64,000 bases of DNA from Nitrospirota bacterium (lineage in GTDB: Bacteria; Nitrospirota; Nitrospiria; Nitrospirales; Nitrospiraceae). The stretch is taken from positions 322,858-386,857 of the forward strand of contig CAVPGK010000017.1 in assembly GCA_963703955.1 (NCBI GenBank), read 5' to 3'. The translations under genes and the position numbers were made by a program. Under the pieces are notes generated by a model, which had not been told where the DNA came from, did not search any database, and saw nothing but the letters and a program-made list of their open reading frames with translations. The first letter of the stretch is position 1, and every line of letters starts with the position of its first letter. This document shows positions 9,481 through 20,061 of this stretch, piece after piece.

Positions 9481-10215
9481 GTGGTGAGTCACATCAAAAT
9501 CGTAGCGTTGTTCGGGCTGCTCATCCTGTTGGGCGGAGGGTCGGCATTCGCTGAACCAAGCCGTCCACTGTCCGGCCAGATTCATTCGAACGTCACTAGG
9601 ATGGATCTGTATCTGGCTGCCGGCGACTACCGGCGTGCGCTCGAGACCTGCCAGCGCGAGATCGACGACGCGCCGTCGGCTGCAAGCTACATCCACCTCA
9701 CCTATGTGTATCAGGCGATCGATGCCTATTTAGAACATCTATCGCAGGAAGAGCGGTGGATGGCCGTTGAGCACCTGTATCTCAATCTTGCGTACCGCGA
9801 CACCGAAGACTTCGTCGATCCTCCGGGAGGACTTGCCCGCATGGCCAAGGAAATGATCCAGGCGAGCGGGGATATCAAATTGTTGGGCGGGTTGTTCCTG
9901 ATCGTGGGGGCCGTGGACCTCGTCATCATCGTATTGTTCCCCTTCTACGCCTTGAAACTCTTCGGGACAGCCGTGACCGGTTCTTTGTCGTTTCTGGTTA
10001 AACTTCACTCCCCCGCCGTGCATTTATTGATCGGGTACGGATTTCTTGCGTCCCTGGGCCCTGGGGCCTCAGCCTGGGGCGTATGCGGGATTCGGGATAG
10101 TGAGCGAAGCGATGAATCAACTCGCCCTCGGATTCCACATGGTCCGTTCAAAATTCATCGCGACCACCGCTTTGTTCGTCATCTATTTGTTCTGGCGCCG
10201 GCAACTCTTCACTGA
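9481..10215 (+). CDS. Hypothetical protein, probably a fusion of a secreted TPR-like protein and a membrane protein, frameshifted at the 3' end
   Basis: Abrupt switch from soluble helical to multi-TM sequence near 9865; TM sequence continues in another frame after ~10050. Confidence 0.5.
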   Translation: MVSHIKIVALFGLLILLGGGSAFAEPSRPLSGQIHSNVTRMDLYLAAGDYRRALETCQREIDDAPSAASYIHLTYVYQAIDAYLEHLSQEERWMAVEHLYLNLAYRDTEDFVDPPGGLARMAKEMIQASGDIKLLGGLFLIVGAVDLVIIVLFPFYALKLFGTAVTGSLSFLVKLHSPAVHLLIGYGFLASLGPGASAWGVCGIRDSERSDESTRPRIPHGPFKIHRDHRFVRHLFVLAPATLH

Positions 10216-10265
10216 TCAGCCGGCTATGACGACCACCAGGCCGTCTGTTCGGAAGGATCGCACTG

Positions 10266-11711
10266 ATGCACGGTATTGTGTGGCTCAGACGGGACCTCAG
10301 GCTCTCCGACCAGCCGGCCCTGACGGCGGCCTGTGAGGCATGCAGCGAAGTGATTCCTCTCTTTGTGTTCGACGAGCCGCTCTTGCAGTCCCATGTCTTC
10401 GGCTCCGCCTGCGTGAACTTCATGCTCGGCTGCCTACAAGATTTGGCTGCGTCGTTGGCCGGTCGAGGCGTCCCGCTCCAATGGCGTCGCGGAGAACCAG
10501 TGCAAGAAGTTGTTCAAGCCGCACGTGAATGGAAGGCGGACGTCGTCTATTGGAATCGCGACTACGAGCCGGGGGCGATCGAGCGAGACCGCGCGGTCCA
10601 ACACCGACTCGCAAAGATGGGCGTGGTGGTCCGCACGTTCAAGGACCACGTCGTGTTTGAAGGGGAAGAAGTCGTCGGGGTAACCGGTGATCCGATGCAG
10701 CGCTACGGCGCCTATCGCGCACGCTGGTGGGTCAAGTGGCAGGCGACGAAACCGCCGGTGCTGCCCATTCCCAAAACGTTAACGGCTGAAAAAGCTTCGT
10801 TCCTGCCCTCCCCTCGTCCAATCCCCACGGCTGGTGAGCTGGGGTACGAGCTGGTCACGCCCTGGATCGAGGCTGGCGAGCGAAGCGCCCGGAAGCGGCT
10901 GGGCTGGTTCATCGAAGGGCCGATTCATACCTATGTCAACGGCAGGAACCTGCCGGCTATCGATGGGAGTTCACAACTCTCTCCCCACTTTCGATTCGGA
11001 ACGCTTTCGCCTCGTGCCGCGATCCATGCCGCCTTGGCCGCTCTCGCGAAGGGTGGTCGGGTTTCGAGAGCCGACGTCCTGACGTGGATTGATGAACTGG
11101 TGTGGAGAGAATTCTTCCAGCAAGTATTGTCGGCGTTTCCGCGCGTCGTTGACGGTCCATTCCGTCACGTTGCAGTCCCTCCTGCCCGTGTTCCAGGGTT
11201 GGAACGGGACCGGCTGTTTCAGGCCTGGTGTGATGGGAAGACCGGCTATCCGATCGTGGATGCGGGCATGCGCCAACTCAACAGGACGGGCTGGATGCAT
11301 AACCGTGTACGAATGATCGCGGCGTCATTTCTAATCAAGGACCTTCGGATTGACTGGCAGAGCGGTGAACGCTATTTCATGCAGCACCTCATTGATGCTG
11401 ATGTCGCGGCCAACAACGGTAACTGGCAGTGGTGTGCCTCGACCGGCACGGACGCGATGCGAGGGCATCGTATTTTCAACCCGGTTCTGCAAAGCAAGAA
11501 GTTCGATCCGGACGGAATCTACATCCGTGAGTACGTGCCGGAACTGGCGAAGGTCGCGAGCAAATGGATTCATGCGCCGCATCTGATAACCCCGAACGAA
11601 CAAGTTCGATATGGTTGTCGTATCGGGGTCGACTACCCTGCGGCCATCGTGGATCATCGGCAAGCCCGCCAGGAATATTTGGATCTCGGCAAGCAACAGG
11701 TGACGAGATGA
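10266..11711 (+). CDS. phrB: Deoxyribodipyrimidine photolyase (class I CPD photolyase/cryptochrome family)
   Basis: WLRRDLRL.D, SQLSPHFRFG, ELVWREFF, GKTGYPIVDAGMRQL, WMHNRVRM, NNGNWQW. Confidence 0.95.
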   Translation: MHGIVWLRRDLRLSDQPALTAACEACSEVIPLFVFDEPLLQSHVFGSACVNFMLGCLQDLAASLAGRGVPLQWRRGEPVQEVVQAAREWKADVVYWNRDYEPGAIERDRAVQHRLAKMGVVVRTFKDHVVFEGEEVVGVTGDPMQRYGAYRARWWVKWQATKPPVLPIPKTLTAEKASFLPSPRPIPTAGELGYELVTPWIEAGERSARKRLGWFIEGPIHTYVNGRNLPAIDGSSQLSPHFRFGTLSPRAAIHAALAALAKGGRVSRADVLTWIDELVWREFFQQVLSAFPRVVDGPFRHVAVPPARVPGLERDRLFQAWCDGKTGYPIVDAGMRQLNRTGWMHNRVRMIAASFLIKDLRIDWQSGERYFMQHLIDADVAANNGNWQWCASTGTDAMRGHRIFNPVLQSKKFDPDGIYIREYVPELAKVASKWIHAPHLITPNEQVRYGCRIGVDYPAAIVDHRQARQEYLDLGKQQVTR

Positions 11712-12661
11712 CGACCGCGACGCTTCGTCTTGGGATCAGCCGTTGTCTCCTCGGAGACGAAGTCCGGTTCGACGGGGGACATAAGCGGGACAATTTTCTG
11801 ACGGACGTGTTCGGTCGCTATGTGGAATGGGTCCCCGTCTGTCCTGAAGTCGAAGCCGGACTCGGTACTCCTCGGGAAGCGATGCGGTTGGTTGGTGATC
11901 CCCGCCATCCCCGTCTCGTGACAATCAGAAGCGGAAACGATCACACGCAGGTGTTGGTGACGATGACTGCAAAGCGCATCGAAGAACTCAAGGAGCTGGA
12001 CCTCTCCGGGTATGTGTTCAAGAAGGATTCACCGAGCTGCGGCGTCGAACGAGTCCGTCTCTACAATGAGCAAGGGATGCCTAGCCGGAACGGGGTCGGG
12101 GTATTCGCGCGGGCCTTTATCGAGCAATTCCCGCTGATTCCCGTTGAGGAGGAAGGGCGGCTCTGTGATCCTCCGCTCAGGGAGAATTTTATCGAGAGGG
12201 TCTTCTGCTACCGTCGATTCCAGGGTCTTGTGCAGAACGGGATCACGAGACAGGCTGTGGTGCGGTTTCACACGATCCACAAGTATCTGCTCCTCTCCCA
12301 TAGCCAGCAGCACTACCAAGTCCTCGGGCGGCTAGTCGGTCAAGCGGAGCACCACCGTCCCAAGGAGCTGGCCTTAAGGTATGGGGAACTCTTCATGAAG
12401 ACGTTGGCCGTGAAGGCGACGGTGCGCAAGCACGTAAATGTGTTGCAGCACATTCTGGGCTACTTCAAGGACCGATTGGGCGATCAAGAGAAAGCGGAAC
12501 TGTTGGGCGTGATCGGCGATTATCATCGAGGGCTCACGCCCTTGATTGTCCCTCTCACACTGATCAAGCACTACGTTCAGGTCTTCGATGTCGGCTACAT
12601 TCGCGACCAGGTGTATCTCAATCCTCACCCGAAAGAACTCATGTTGCGAAACCATGTGTAA
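11708..12661 (+). CDS. DUF523 + DUF1722 (YbgA-like) protein
   Basis: GISRCLLG..VRFDGGH, CPEVEAGLGTPR, SPSCG, EEEGRL, H.NVLQHILGYFK, QVYLNPHP; ATGA overlap with photolyase. Confidence 0.92.
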   Translation: MTTATLRLGISRCLLGDEVRFDGGHKRDNFLTDVFGRYVEWVPVCPEVEAGLGTPREAMRLVGDPRHPRLVTIRSGNDHTQVLVTMTAKRIEELKELDLSGYVFKKDSPSCGVERVRLYNEQGMPSRNGVGVFARAFIEQFPLIPVEEEGRLCDPPLRENFIERVFCYRRFQGLVQNGITRQAVVRFHTIHKYLLLSHSQQHYQVLGRLVGQAEHHRPKELALRYGELFMKTLAVKATVRKHVNVLQHILGYFKDRLGDQEKAELLGVIGDYHRGLTPLIVPLTLIKHYVQVFDVGYIRDQVYLNPHPKELMLRNHV

Positions 12662-13064
12662 GTGTTGAAAGGAGTCGGATGATGGGGAAGGAAGTCAAAG
12701 CACAAACATCTACTCCCTCCTTGTTTGGTTATTTGGGACTCGGTGATAAGGGAGGGATAGCCAAAAGACTGCGATAGGGCAACTGAGGAAGTGGTTCCAA
12801 TGCTCGACATGTTATGGAGAGCGCGGGAGGGACAGGATCGTGTCTAGGGAGTTTCGGGCAAGCGTCGGGCTGTCGCTAAGCCAATTGCGGACCGCATCGT
12901 CTTTGTCTCCATGACCCATCGTCGGGCGGTAGAGAGCAGGACCGACGATTCAGGTGCCACTAGTGGCACTGGCTTTGTAACTACGCGATACTAAAAGGGA
13001 CGAAAAAGCACTAAAACGAGGCTGATTCTACCTAAGTGATTGATATAAAGATGCTTTTTATTGT

Positions 13065-13102
13065 CTTGGCAAGGCGATGCTCTACCACTGAGCTATTCCC
13101 GC
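13065..13102 (-). repeat. 38-bp copy of tRNA-Gly 5' half (att site)
   Basis: CTTGGCAAGGCGATGCTCTACCACTGAGCTATTCCCGC, identical to 877-914. Confidence 0.93.
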
Positions 13103-13126
13103 CCCTAAGTTCCCTGAAGAGCAGCG

Positions 13127-13155
13127 ATTCTACCGAGCGGGTCACTTCAAGTCAA
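13127..13155 (-). promoter_or_regulatory. Sigma70 promoter upstream of the tRNA 5' fragment
   Basis: Minus strand TTGACT-17 bp-TAGAAT, ending 24 bp before the fragment. Confidence 0.75.
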
Positions 13156-13660
13156 GCCGTGATGGCACTGTCTAGTCCCCCACATCAAACTTGAAGAAGA
13201 GAGCTGTTTCGTATGTACGAACCATGTATGTTTCCAGAAAGTAACAGGAGGATTCTTTTATAAGCATCGTAAATCGTTTGATAATTTCAAGAAGACCCAT
13301 TATGCACCGGGTCGTGTGGCACCTCATCTACTCAATGCCCCATTCTACAGGTTAGCGGCCTCCGAGTATCTCATCGTTTTATCTAATCCATTCAGTGTCT
13401 TACGAATATTATCCGTTACGGCTCGTTATGGTTCTCATATTGCTTCCATTTCTTGTTCTTGTACGCCGCGTTTTTGTTCGGCTCTTACAAGTCAGAAGGC
13501 ACGAGGAAGGCATAAGGATGGATGTGATGAAAGAACAGAGGCTTGGAAGGGTCGGAATCGGCAAATCCTTAGGAGCAAGGGAGGTGATAGGACACGCAGA
13601 GCGGTTGTTTCGTCAGATCGTTAGGCTGGAAAGCCGGCGTTCAACTCAGGAGGTGTCACG

Positions 13661-16600
13661 ATGTTTTTGTCACGGCGGCAATTCTTAAAGGTATCGGCGG
13701 GAACGATGGCGGCAGCGGCGATTGCCGATCAGGCATTGGCGTTGACGGCGCTGCAGCCGGTCATCGAGGTGGGCAACCCGCTCGGCGAGTACCCGGACCG
13801 GTCCTGGGAGCGGGTCTATCACGATCAGTACCGGTATGACTCGTCGTTTACGTAGTGCTGCTCGCCGAATGACACGCACGCCTGTCGCGTTCGCGCCTTT
13901 GTGCGCAACGGCGTGGTGATGCGGGTGGAGCAGAACTACGATCACCAGACGTATGAAGACCTGTACGGGAACCGCGGCACCTTCGCGTGGAATCCCGCGC
14001 ATGTGCTTGAAGGGCTACACGTTTCATCGGCGGGTGTACGGGCCGTACCGGTTGAAGGGCCCGATGATGCGGCAAGGCCTGGAAGGAGTGGGTCGATGAC
14101 GGGCTGCCGGAGCTGTCTCCGGAAGTGAAGACGCAAGTACAAGTTTGAGCCGCGGCACTGGACGACATGCTGCGGGTGTCCTGGGATACGGCGTTTACGT
14201 ACCTGGCCAAGGCGCCAGGTGAAGATCGCCGAGCGCTACAGCGGGGAAGCCGGGCGCGCGGCGGCTGCGCGAGCAGGGGTATCCGCCGGAGATGATCGAG
14301 ATCCATGAAGGGCGGCGGGCGTCCGGACGCTTCAAGTATCGGCCGGGCATGGCGGTGTTGGGCATCGTCGGCAAGATCGGGATCGGCCGCATGTCGGATG
14401 CGAATGCTCGCCCTGTTGGATGCCTAGATTCGCAAGGTTGGACCGGACCAAGCGCAGTCGGCGGCCGGTACTGGTCCAGCTATACCTGGCACGGCGATCA
14501 AGACTCCGTCGCATCCTTTCTGGAACGGGATGCAGAACTCCGACATCGACCTCGTCCGACATGCGTTTCTCCAAGCTGCACACGAGCTGGGGCAAGAACT
14601 TCGTCGAGCACAAGATGCCGGAAGCGCACTGGATGATCGAGTGCATGGAGCGCGGGGGCCGGCTCGTCGGTCATCACGCCGGAGTACAATCCGACGGCCT
14701 CGAAGGCGGACTACTGGATTCCGGTCCGGCCCGGAGTCGGATGGCGCCCTCTTCCTGGGGACCTGCAAGATCATCATCGACGAGAACTTGTACGACGCGG
14801 ACTTCTGCAAGCAGTTCACGGACATGCCGATCCTGGTCCGGACGGACACGTTGCAGTATCTGGACCCGCGGGACGTGATTAAGGACTACAAGCCTTCCGG
14901 ATCTGTCCGAAGCGCTATTCGGGAAGGTGCAGGCATCAAGCGGAGCGATTACCGCGAGCGGCTGGGCGACTTCATGGTGTGGGACACGGCGAAGAACCAG
15001 GCGGTGCCGCTGGATCGGGAGCAGGTGGGCTGGCACTATGATGAAGGCCGGGATCGATCCGGCGCTGGACGGGCACGTACCGGGTCAAGCTGCTGGATGG
15101 CAACGAAGTGGACGTGATGCCGATCTTCCAGATGTATCAAGATCCACGTGCAGGACTTCGACCTGGACACGACGCATCAGATCACGAACTCGCCGAAGGA
15201 CCTGATTGTGCGCTGGGCCCGGGATTCCGGGACGATCAAGCCGGCCGCGATTCACAACGGCGAGGGCGTCTGCCACTGGTTCCACATGACCGCGAACGGC
15301 CGCGGGGCGGCCATGGTGCTGATCATCACCGGCAATGTGGGCAAGTTCGGCCCGGCAGCCATACCTGGTCCGGCAACTACAAGACCGGAGCGCTGCATGG
15401 CGACGCCGTGGTCCGGGTACGGCATTAACGCCGTGCAACGGGCGAGGATCCGTTCGAGTTGAACCTTGATCCGAACGCGCACGGCAAGGAAATCCACACC
15501 AAGTACGTACGACTATGGCGAAGAGTCGGCGTACTGGAACCATGGCGATCACGGCGCTGATCGTGAACACCCCGAAGTACGGGCGCAAGGTGTTTACCGG
15601 CAAGACCCACATGCCGTCGCCGACGCAAGTGCCGATGGATGGTCAACGTGAACGTGCTCAACAACTCGAAGTACCACTACGACATGGTCAAGAACGTCGA
15701 CCCGAATATCGAGTGCATCGTGGTCCAGGACCTTGAGATGACGTCCGACGTGAACTATGCGGACGTGGCCTTCGCGATCAATTCCTGGATGGAGTTTACC
15801 TATCCGGAGATGACGATCACGTGCTCCAATCCCTGGGTGCAGATCTGGAAGGGCGGCATCAGGCCGCTGTACGACACCCGCAACGACCTGGATACCGCAT
15901 GCGGGCGTGGCGCAGAAGTGGACGGAGATGACCGGCGATCAAGCGGATTCAGCAGACTACTTGCAAGTTCGTGATACAGAACCAGGTGGACGTGTACGTG
16001 CAGCGGATGTTGGATGCCTCCAGCACGTTCTACGGCTACAACGCGAAGACGATGCTGAAGTCGGAGAAGGGCTGGATGGTGATGACGCGGACCTATCCGC
16101 GCGTGCCGTTCTGGGAAGAGATCAACGAGAGCAAGCCGCAGTGGACGCGATCGGGCCGGTTCGAGAATTACCGGGTCGAGCCGGAGGCGATCGAGTACGG
16201 GGAGAACTTCATCGTGCACCGGGAAGGACCGGAGGGCACGCCGTACCTGCCGAATGCGATTTTCCGACCAACCCGTACATTCGGCCGGATGACTACGGGA
16301 TTCCGATCACGGCGCAGCATCATGACGACAAGCACGTGCGCAATACTCAAGCTGCCGTGGCAGGAAATCCGGCGCACATGCCAACCCGTTGTGGGAGAAG
16401 GGGTATCAGTTCTACTGCGTGACCCCGAAGACCCGGCACCGGGTGCACAGCCAGTGGTCGGTCAACGACTGGATGCAGATGTATCGAGTCGAACTTCGGC
16501 GATCGCGTACCGGATGGACAAGCGGACGCCGGGGGTCGGCGAGCATCAGATGCATGTCAATCCGAGGCCGCGAAGGACCGGGGCATCAACGACGGCGACT

Positions 16601-17141
16601 ACGTCTATGTGGACGCCAATCCGGTCGACCGGCCGTATCGCGGGCTGGAAGCCGAGCGATCCGTTCTACAAGGTGAGCCGGTTGATGATCCGGGCAAGTA
16701 CAATCCGGCGTTCCCGTACCACGTGACGATGATGAAGCACGCGCCGTACGTGGCGACGGCGAAGTCGGTGAAGGGGCACGAGACCCGGCCGGACGGGCGG
16801 GCGATCGCGGCGGATACCGGCTATCAGAGCAACTTCCGGTACGGGGCGCAGCAGTCGTTCACGCGGTCCTGGCTGATGCCGATGCACCAGCTGGACTCGC
16901 TTGCCGGAAGAAGAACACGCCGTGGCGCTGGAAGTTCAAGTGGGGTTTCAGATCGGATCAACCACGCGCGTCAATACGACGCCGAAGTCGAATGCTTGGT
17001 CCGCATCACAGAAGGCGGAGGACGGGGGCATCGGGGCACGGGGCCGCTGGGAGCCGGTGCGGACCGGGTTCACGCCGTCGCAGGAGAATGAGTTGGATGC
17101 TCAAGTGGCTGAAGGGGGAGCACATTAAGATCAAGGTCTAA
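13661..17141 (+). pseudogene. nxrA: Nitrite oxidoreductase alpha subunit, Nitrospira type, with many frameshifts and stops (may be consensus error)
   Basis: MFLSRRQFLK Tat leader, YPDRSWERVYHDQYRYDSSFT*CCSPNDTHAC, TPKTRHRVHSQW, ends GEHIKIKV*; homology spread over all three frames. Confidence 0.9.
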
Positions 17142-17218
17142 GGACTGAGTCACGAGGACTGGCGCAGAGAGCCGCCACGGCAGCACCAGTCCTCGCATAC
17201 GGTAACGGAGGAGAAACC

Positions 17219-18517
17219 ATGCCGGAAGTCTATAACTGGCAACTCAGGCCGCAAGATGCTCTATCCCTACGAGGAGCGGCATCCGAAGTGGCAGTTTACG
17301 TTTGCGTTTAACATCAATCGGTGTCTCGCGTGTCAGACCTGTTCGATGGCGGACAAGTCGACCTGGCTGTTCTAGCAAGGGCCAGGAGTACATGTGGTGG
17401 AACAATGTGGAGACCAAGCCGTACGGCGGGTATCCGCAGTTCTACGACGTGAAGATGACGCAGTCGATGGAGCAAGTGAATCCGGGCGGGCAGGTGTGGA
17501 ACATGCGGGTGGGCCGCAAGCACCATGCGCCGTACGGGGTGTTCGAAGGGATGACGATCTTTCGATGCGGGGGCCAAGATCGGGCAGGCGGCGATCGGGT
17601 ACATCCCGACGGACCAGGAGTGGCGGTTCGTGAACATCTACGAGGATACGGCGACCCGTATGCGGGGGCTGGTGGAGGGCAACGACAAGACGGGGTTCTC
17701 GGCGGCGATGAGCCGTGGAGGAGCCAGGGCTCCAGTTCCCTGCCGGAGCACGAGACGTTCTTCTTCTACCTGCAGCGGATTTGCAATCACTGCACGTATC
17801 CGGGGTGTTTGGCGGCGTGTCCGCGCAAGGCGATCTACAAGCGGCCGGAGGACGGGATCGTGCTGATCGACCAGAACCGGTGCCGGGGGTACAAGAAGTG
17901 TGTGGAGCAGTGCCCGTATAAGAAGCCGATGTACCGGGGCACGACGCGGGTGAGCGAGAAGTGCATTGCGTGCTATCCGCGGGTGGAGGGCAAGGATCCG
18001 CTGACGGGCGGCGAGCCGATGGAGACGCGGTGCATGGCGGCGTGCGTGGGCAAGATTCGCATGCAGGGGCTGGAACAGATCGGCGACGATGGGCTGTGGG
18101 CGGAGGATCGGTGGCATCCGCTGTACTACGCGATTCGCGTGGAGCAGGTGGCCCTGCCGCTTGTACCCGCAGTGGGGGACGGAGCCCAACGGCTTCTACT
18201 TCCCGCCGCGGCATGCGCCGCGCGGCTATATCCGGCAGATGTTCGGGCCGGGGGTGGACAACGCGATCGAGAGGTACTGGTGCCGAGCCGGGAGTTGTTG
18301 GCGGTGCTGCAGTTGTGGCGGGCCAGCCAGCAGATCCTGTTCCGGTACGACGTGATTCCGGGGCCGAAGGTGTTTGAGACCCAGATTCACGGGCAGCGCT
18401 TTGAGATGTACAACGACACGGTGCTCGGGTTCAACAAGTCGGGCAAGGAGGTCGTGCGGCATCCAGGTCGAAGAGCCGATCTATATTCGGCCGGCCGAGC
18501 GGGTCAATTGGCTCTAA
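17219..18517 (+). pseudogene. nxrB: Nitrite oxidoreductase beta subunit, frameshifted
   Basis: MPEVYNWQL..., NRCLACQTCSMAD, EYMWWNNVETKPYGG, RICNHCTYPGCLAACP, CRGYKKCVEQCPY, KCIACYPR, ends ERVNWL*. Confidence 0.92.
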
Positions 18518-18526
18518 CCCTGAGGC

Positions 18527-18551
18527 GGGGGAGGGGCGGCACCCCTCCCCC
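18527..18551 (+). terminator. GC-rich hairpin after nxrB
   Basis: GGGGGAGGGG-cggca-CCCCTCCCCC; no U-tract. Confidence 0.45.
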
Positions 18552-18933
18552 AACAGGGAAGGCAGGGTCTCCCGTCGTCCCCATCTCGCGCGCGGGCTCA
18601 CGTCCGCGGGGGGAGGGCCGCGTCGGAAGGTGAACCGGCTGTCACTCCACGCCGGTTGCAGAGGAGCGGGAGAGGGGTTCTGCAGGAGGAAACTCCCTAC
18701 TCGCTCCTCTTCTCATTTCCGAGTAGCGATCTCTTCGAGAGTTCGCACAGGCAGGCTTGAAAATCCAATTTGGCCCCACCGATTGGCTAGGCTCAGACTG
18801 CGATGAGCCTCTTCATGAGCGCTTCTGTTCGCCTTCGCGCCTCCCTCATAGCAACCGCCTTCAAACGGACTACTACAGCGAGGCTTACAACGTCGCTTGG
18901 GTTCGGCTTCATGAGGCCGGAAGACCACACGAG

Positions 18934-20061
18934 CTAATGACCGGTATAGCCGGGAAGAAATGATACGGTGATAGAAACCGCAATCAGAATAATGATGATC
19001 CACTCAAGGACTTCCATTCGTCGGGTGGCGGCCCGATCCGCCATTTTCCCGTAGATGCTGTCGAGAGTGTCAAGTTTGCGGAGGATGCCGGCATCCCAGG
19101 CATCAAGATGAAAACGCTCGGACGCCATGCGGTGCACGCGGGCCAGGTATTGATCGCCGATCAGTTTAAGCGTGTTGGTCACACGTTCAAAGATGATGGC
19201 GCTGTCGACTTGGAGTTGCCCGATTCGACGCAGGTCGGCTTCGAGTGACCCCGGCGCTCTGAAGCGGCTTCCCATACGCTTGGAGAGCACTTCGTACGCC
19301 TGGTCCAAGGCGTCATCCAGTTGTTGGTCCAGATAGCGCATTTCCAACAGTTCGACGTTGGCGAACTCCAACACAGCCTGTACATCTTCCATGTCTCGTC
19401 CGACCATCAGTGAGGCATTCCAGTCGATGATCGTGGCATCATCCGTCCCGAATGAGATCCAACACGAAGTCGCTTCCTGGACCTGCTGTTTAGATAGACT
19501 GCCTTCTTCGGACCTGAGGAGACGTGCGATGTCCTCTGAGGAAAACAGAGCGTCAACCGGCAGATCAGCGTCAAATTTAAAGATGACGTAGTCCTCTACG
19601 TGGCTTGAGATCGTGGGTCTCTCAACGGCCATTCCGATCGCGACCTGCAAGTCCTCTACTCGCTGTCGAGAATCAGCTAAGAGAAGGGCGTTTTCATACA
19701 GCACCCGGCTTAACGCTAGAAGGTGAGGGAAGTCGCCTTTGAAAGGGATGCTGTACATGACGGAGACTGCGCCGAAATCGTAGACCACCACGTCAACGCT
19801 CGCACTGGTCCGAAAATCGGAGAGCGTTAACGACTCGACCCCCTGGGTCACGCGCAACGGAGCAGGCCGATAGTCGAAGTAGTTCGGGGCGCGGCGCTTA
19901 TGGTGGATGCGACTTCGTTGCTTCGTCGCAGTGATATGACGTTCAGCCTCATCCAAATTGATTGAAAGGCCGATGTCGTACGCAAACAAGGCATGACACA
20001 ATCCCGTCGTCACGCTCTGCATCGAAGTGCGCTCCATGGCTCCTGTTTCGAAGCGGATCAT
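18934..20061 (-). CDS. RMD1/DUF155-like protein with C-terminal TM helix
   Basis: VYDFGAVSV, DQYLARVHR....F.L..W...I..KLD, RMEVLEWIIIILIAV terminus. Confidence 0.65.
   Translation of the reverse strand: MIRFETGAMERTSMQSVTTGLCHALFAYDIGLSINLDEAERHITATKQRSRIHHKRRAPNYFDYRPAPLRVTQGVESLTLSDFRTSASVDVVVYDFGAVSVMYSIPFKGDFPHLLALSRVLYENALLLADSRQRVEDLQVAIGMAVERPTISSHVEDYVIFKFDADLPVDALFSSEDIARLLRSEEGSLSKQQVQEATSCWISFGTDDATIIDWNASLMVGRDMEDVQAVLEFANVELLEMRYLDQQLDDALDQAYEVLSKRMGSRFRAPGSLEADLRRIGQLQVDSAIIFERVTNTLKLIGDQYLARVHRMASERFHLDAWDAGILRKLDTLDSIYGKMADRAATRRMEVLEWIIIILIAVSITVSFLPGYTGH

Larger units (their letters stand above)
915..13102. mobile_element. tRNA-Gly-anchored genomic island (no integrase recognised)
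   Basis: Bounded by an identical 38-bp direct repeat at 877-914 and 13065-13102 (5' half of the tRNA). Confidence 0.75.

Noticed and set aside
13317..13333. Sigma54 promoter for nxrA (TGGCAC-CTCAT-CTACT)
   Set aside because: The -12 GC is absent, so support is too weak.
13316..13688. ORFs upstream of nxrA
   Set aside because: No recognisable homology or RBS; likely leader or regulatory DNA.
13853..13855. TAG in nxrA as recoding (pyrrolysine or alternative code)
   Set aside because: It replaces an expected Trp codon in an error-rich region; TAG is a normal stop elsewhere and no pyl genes are present.
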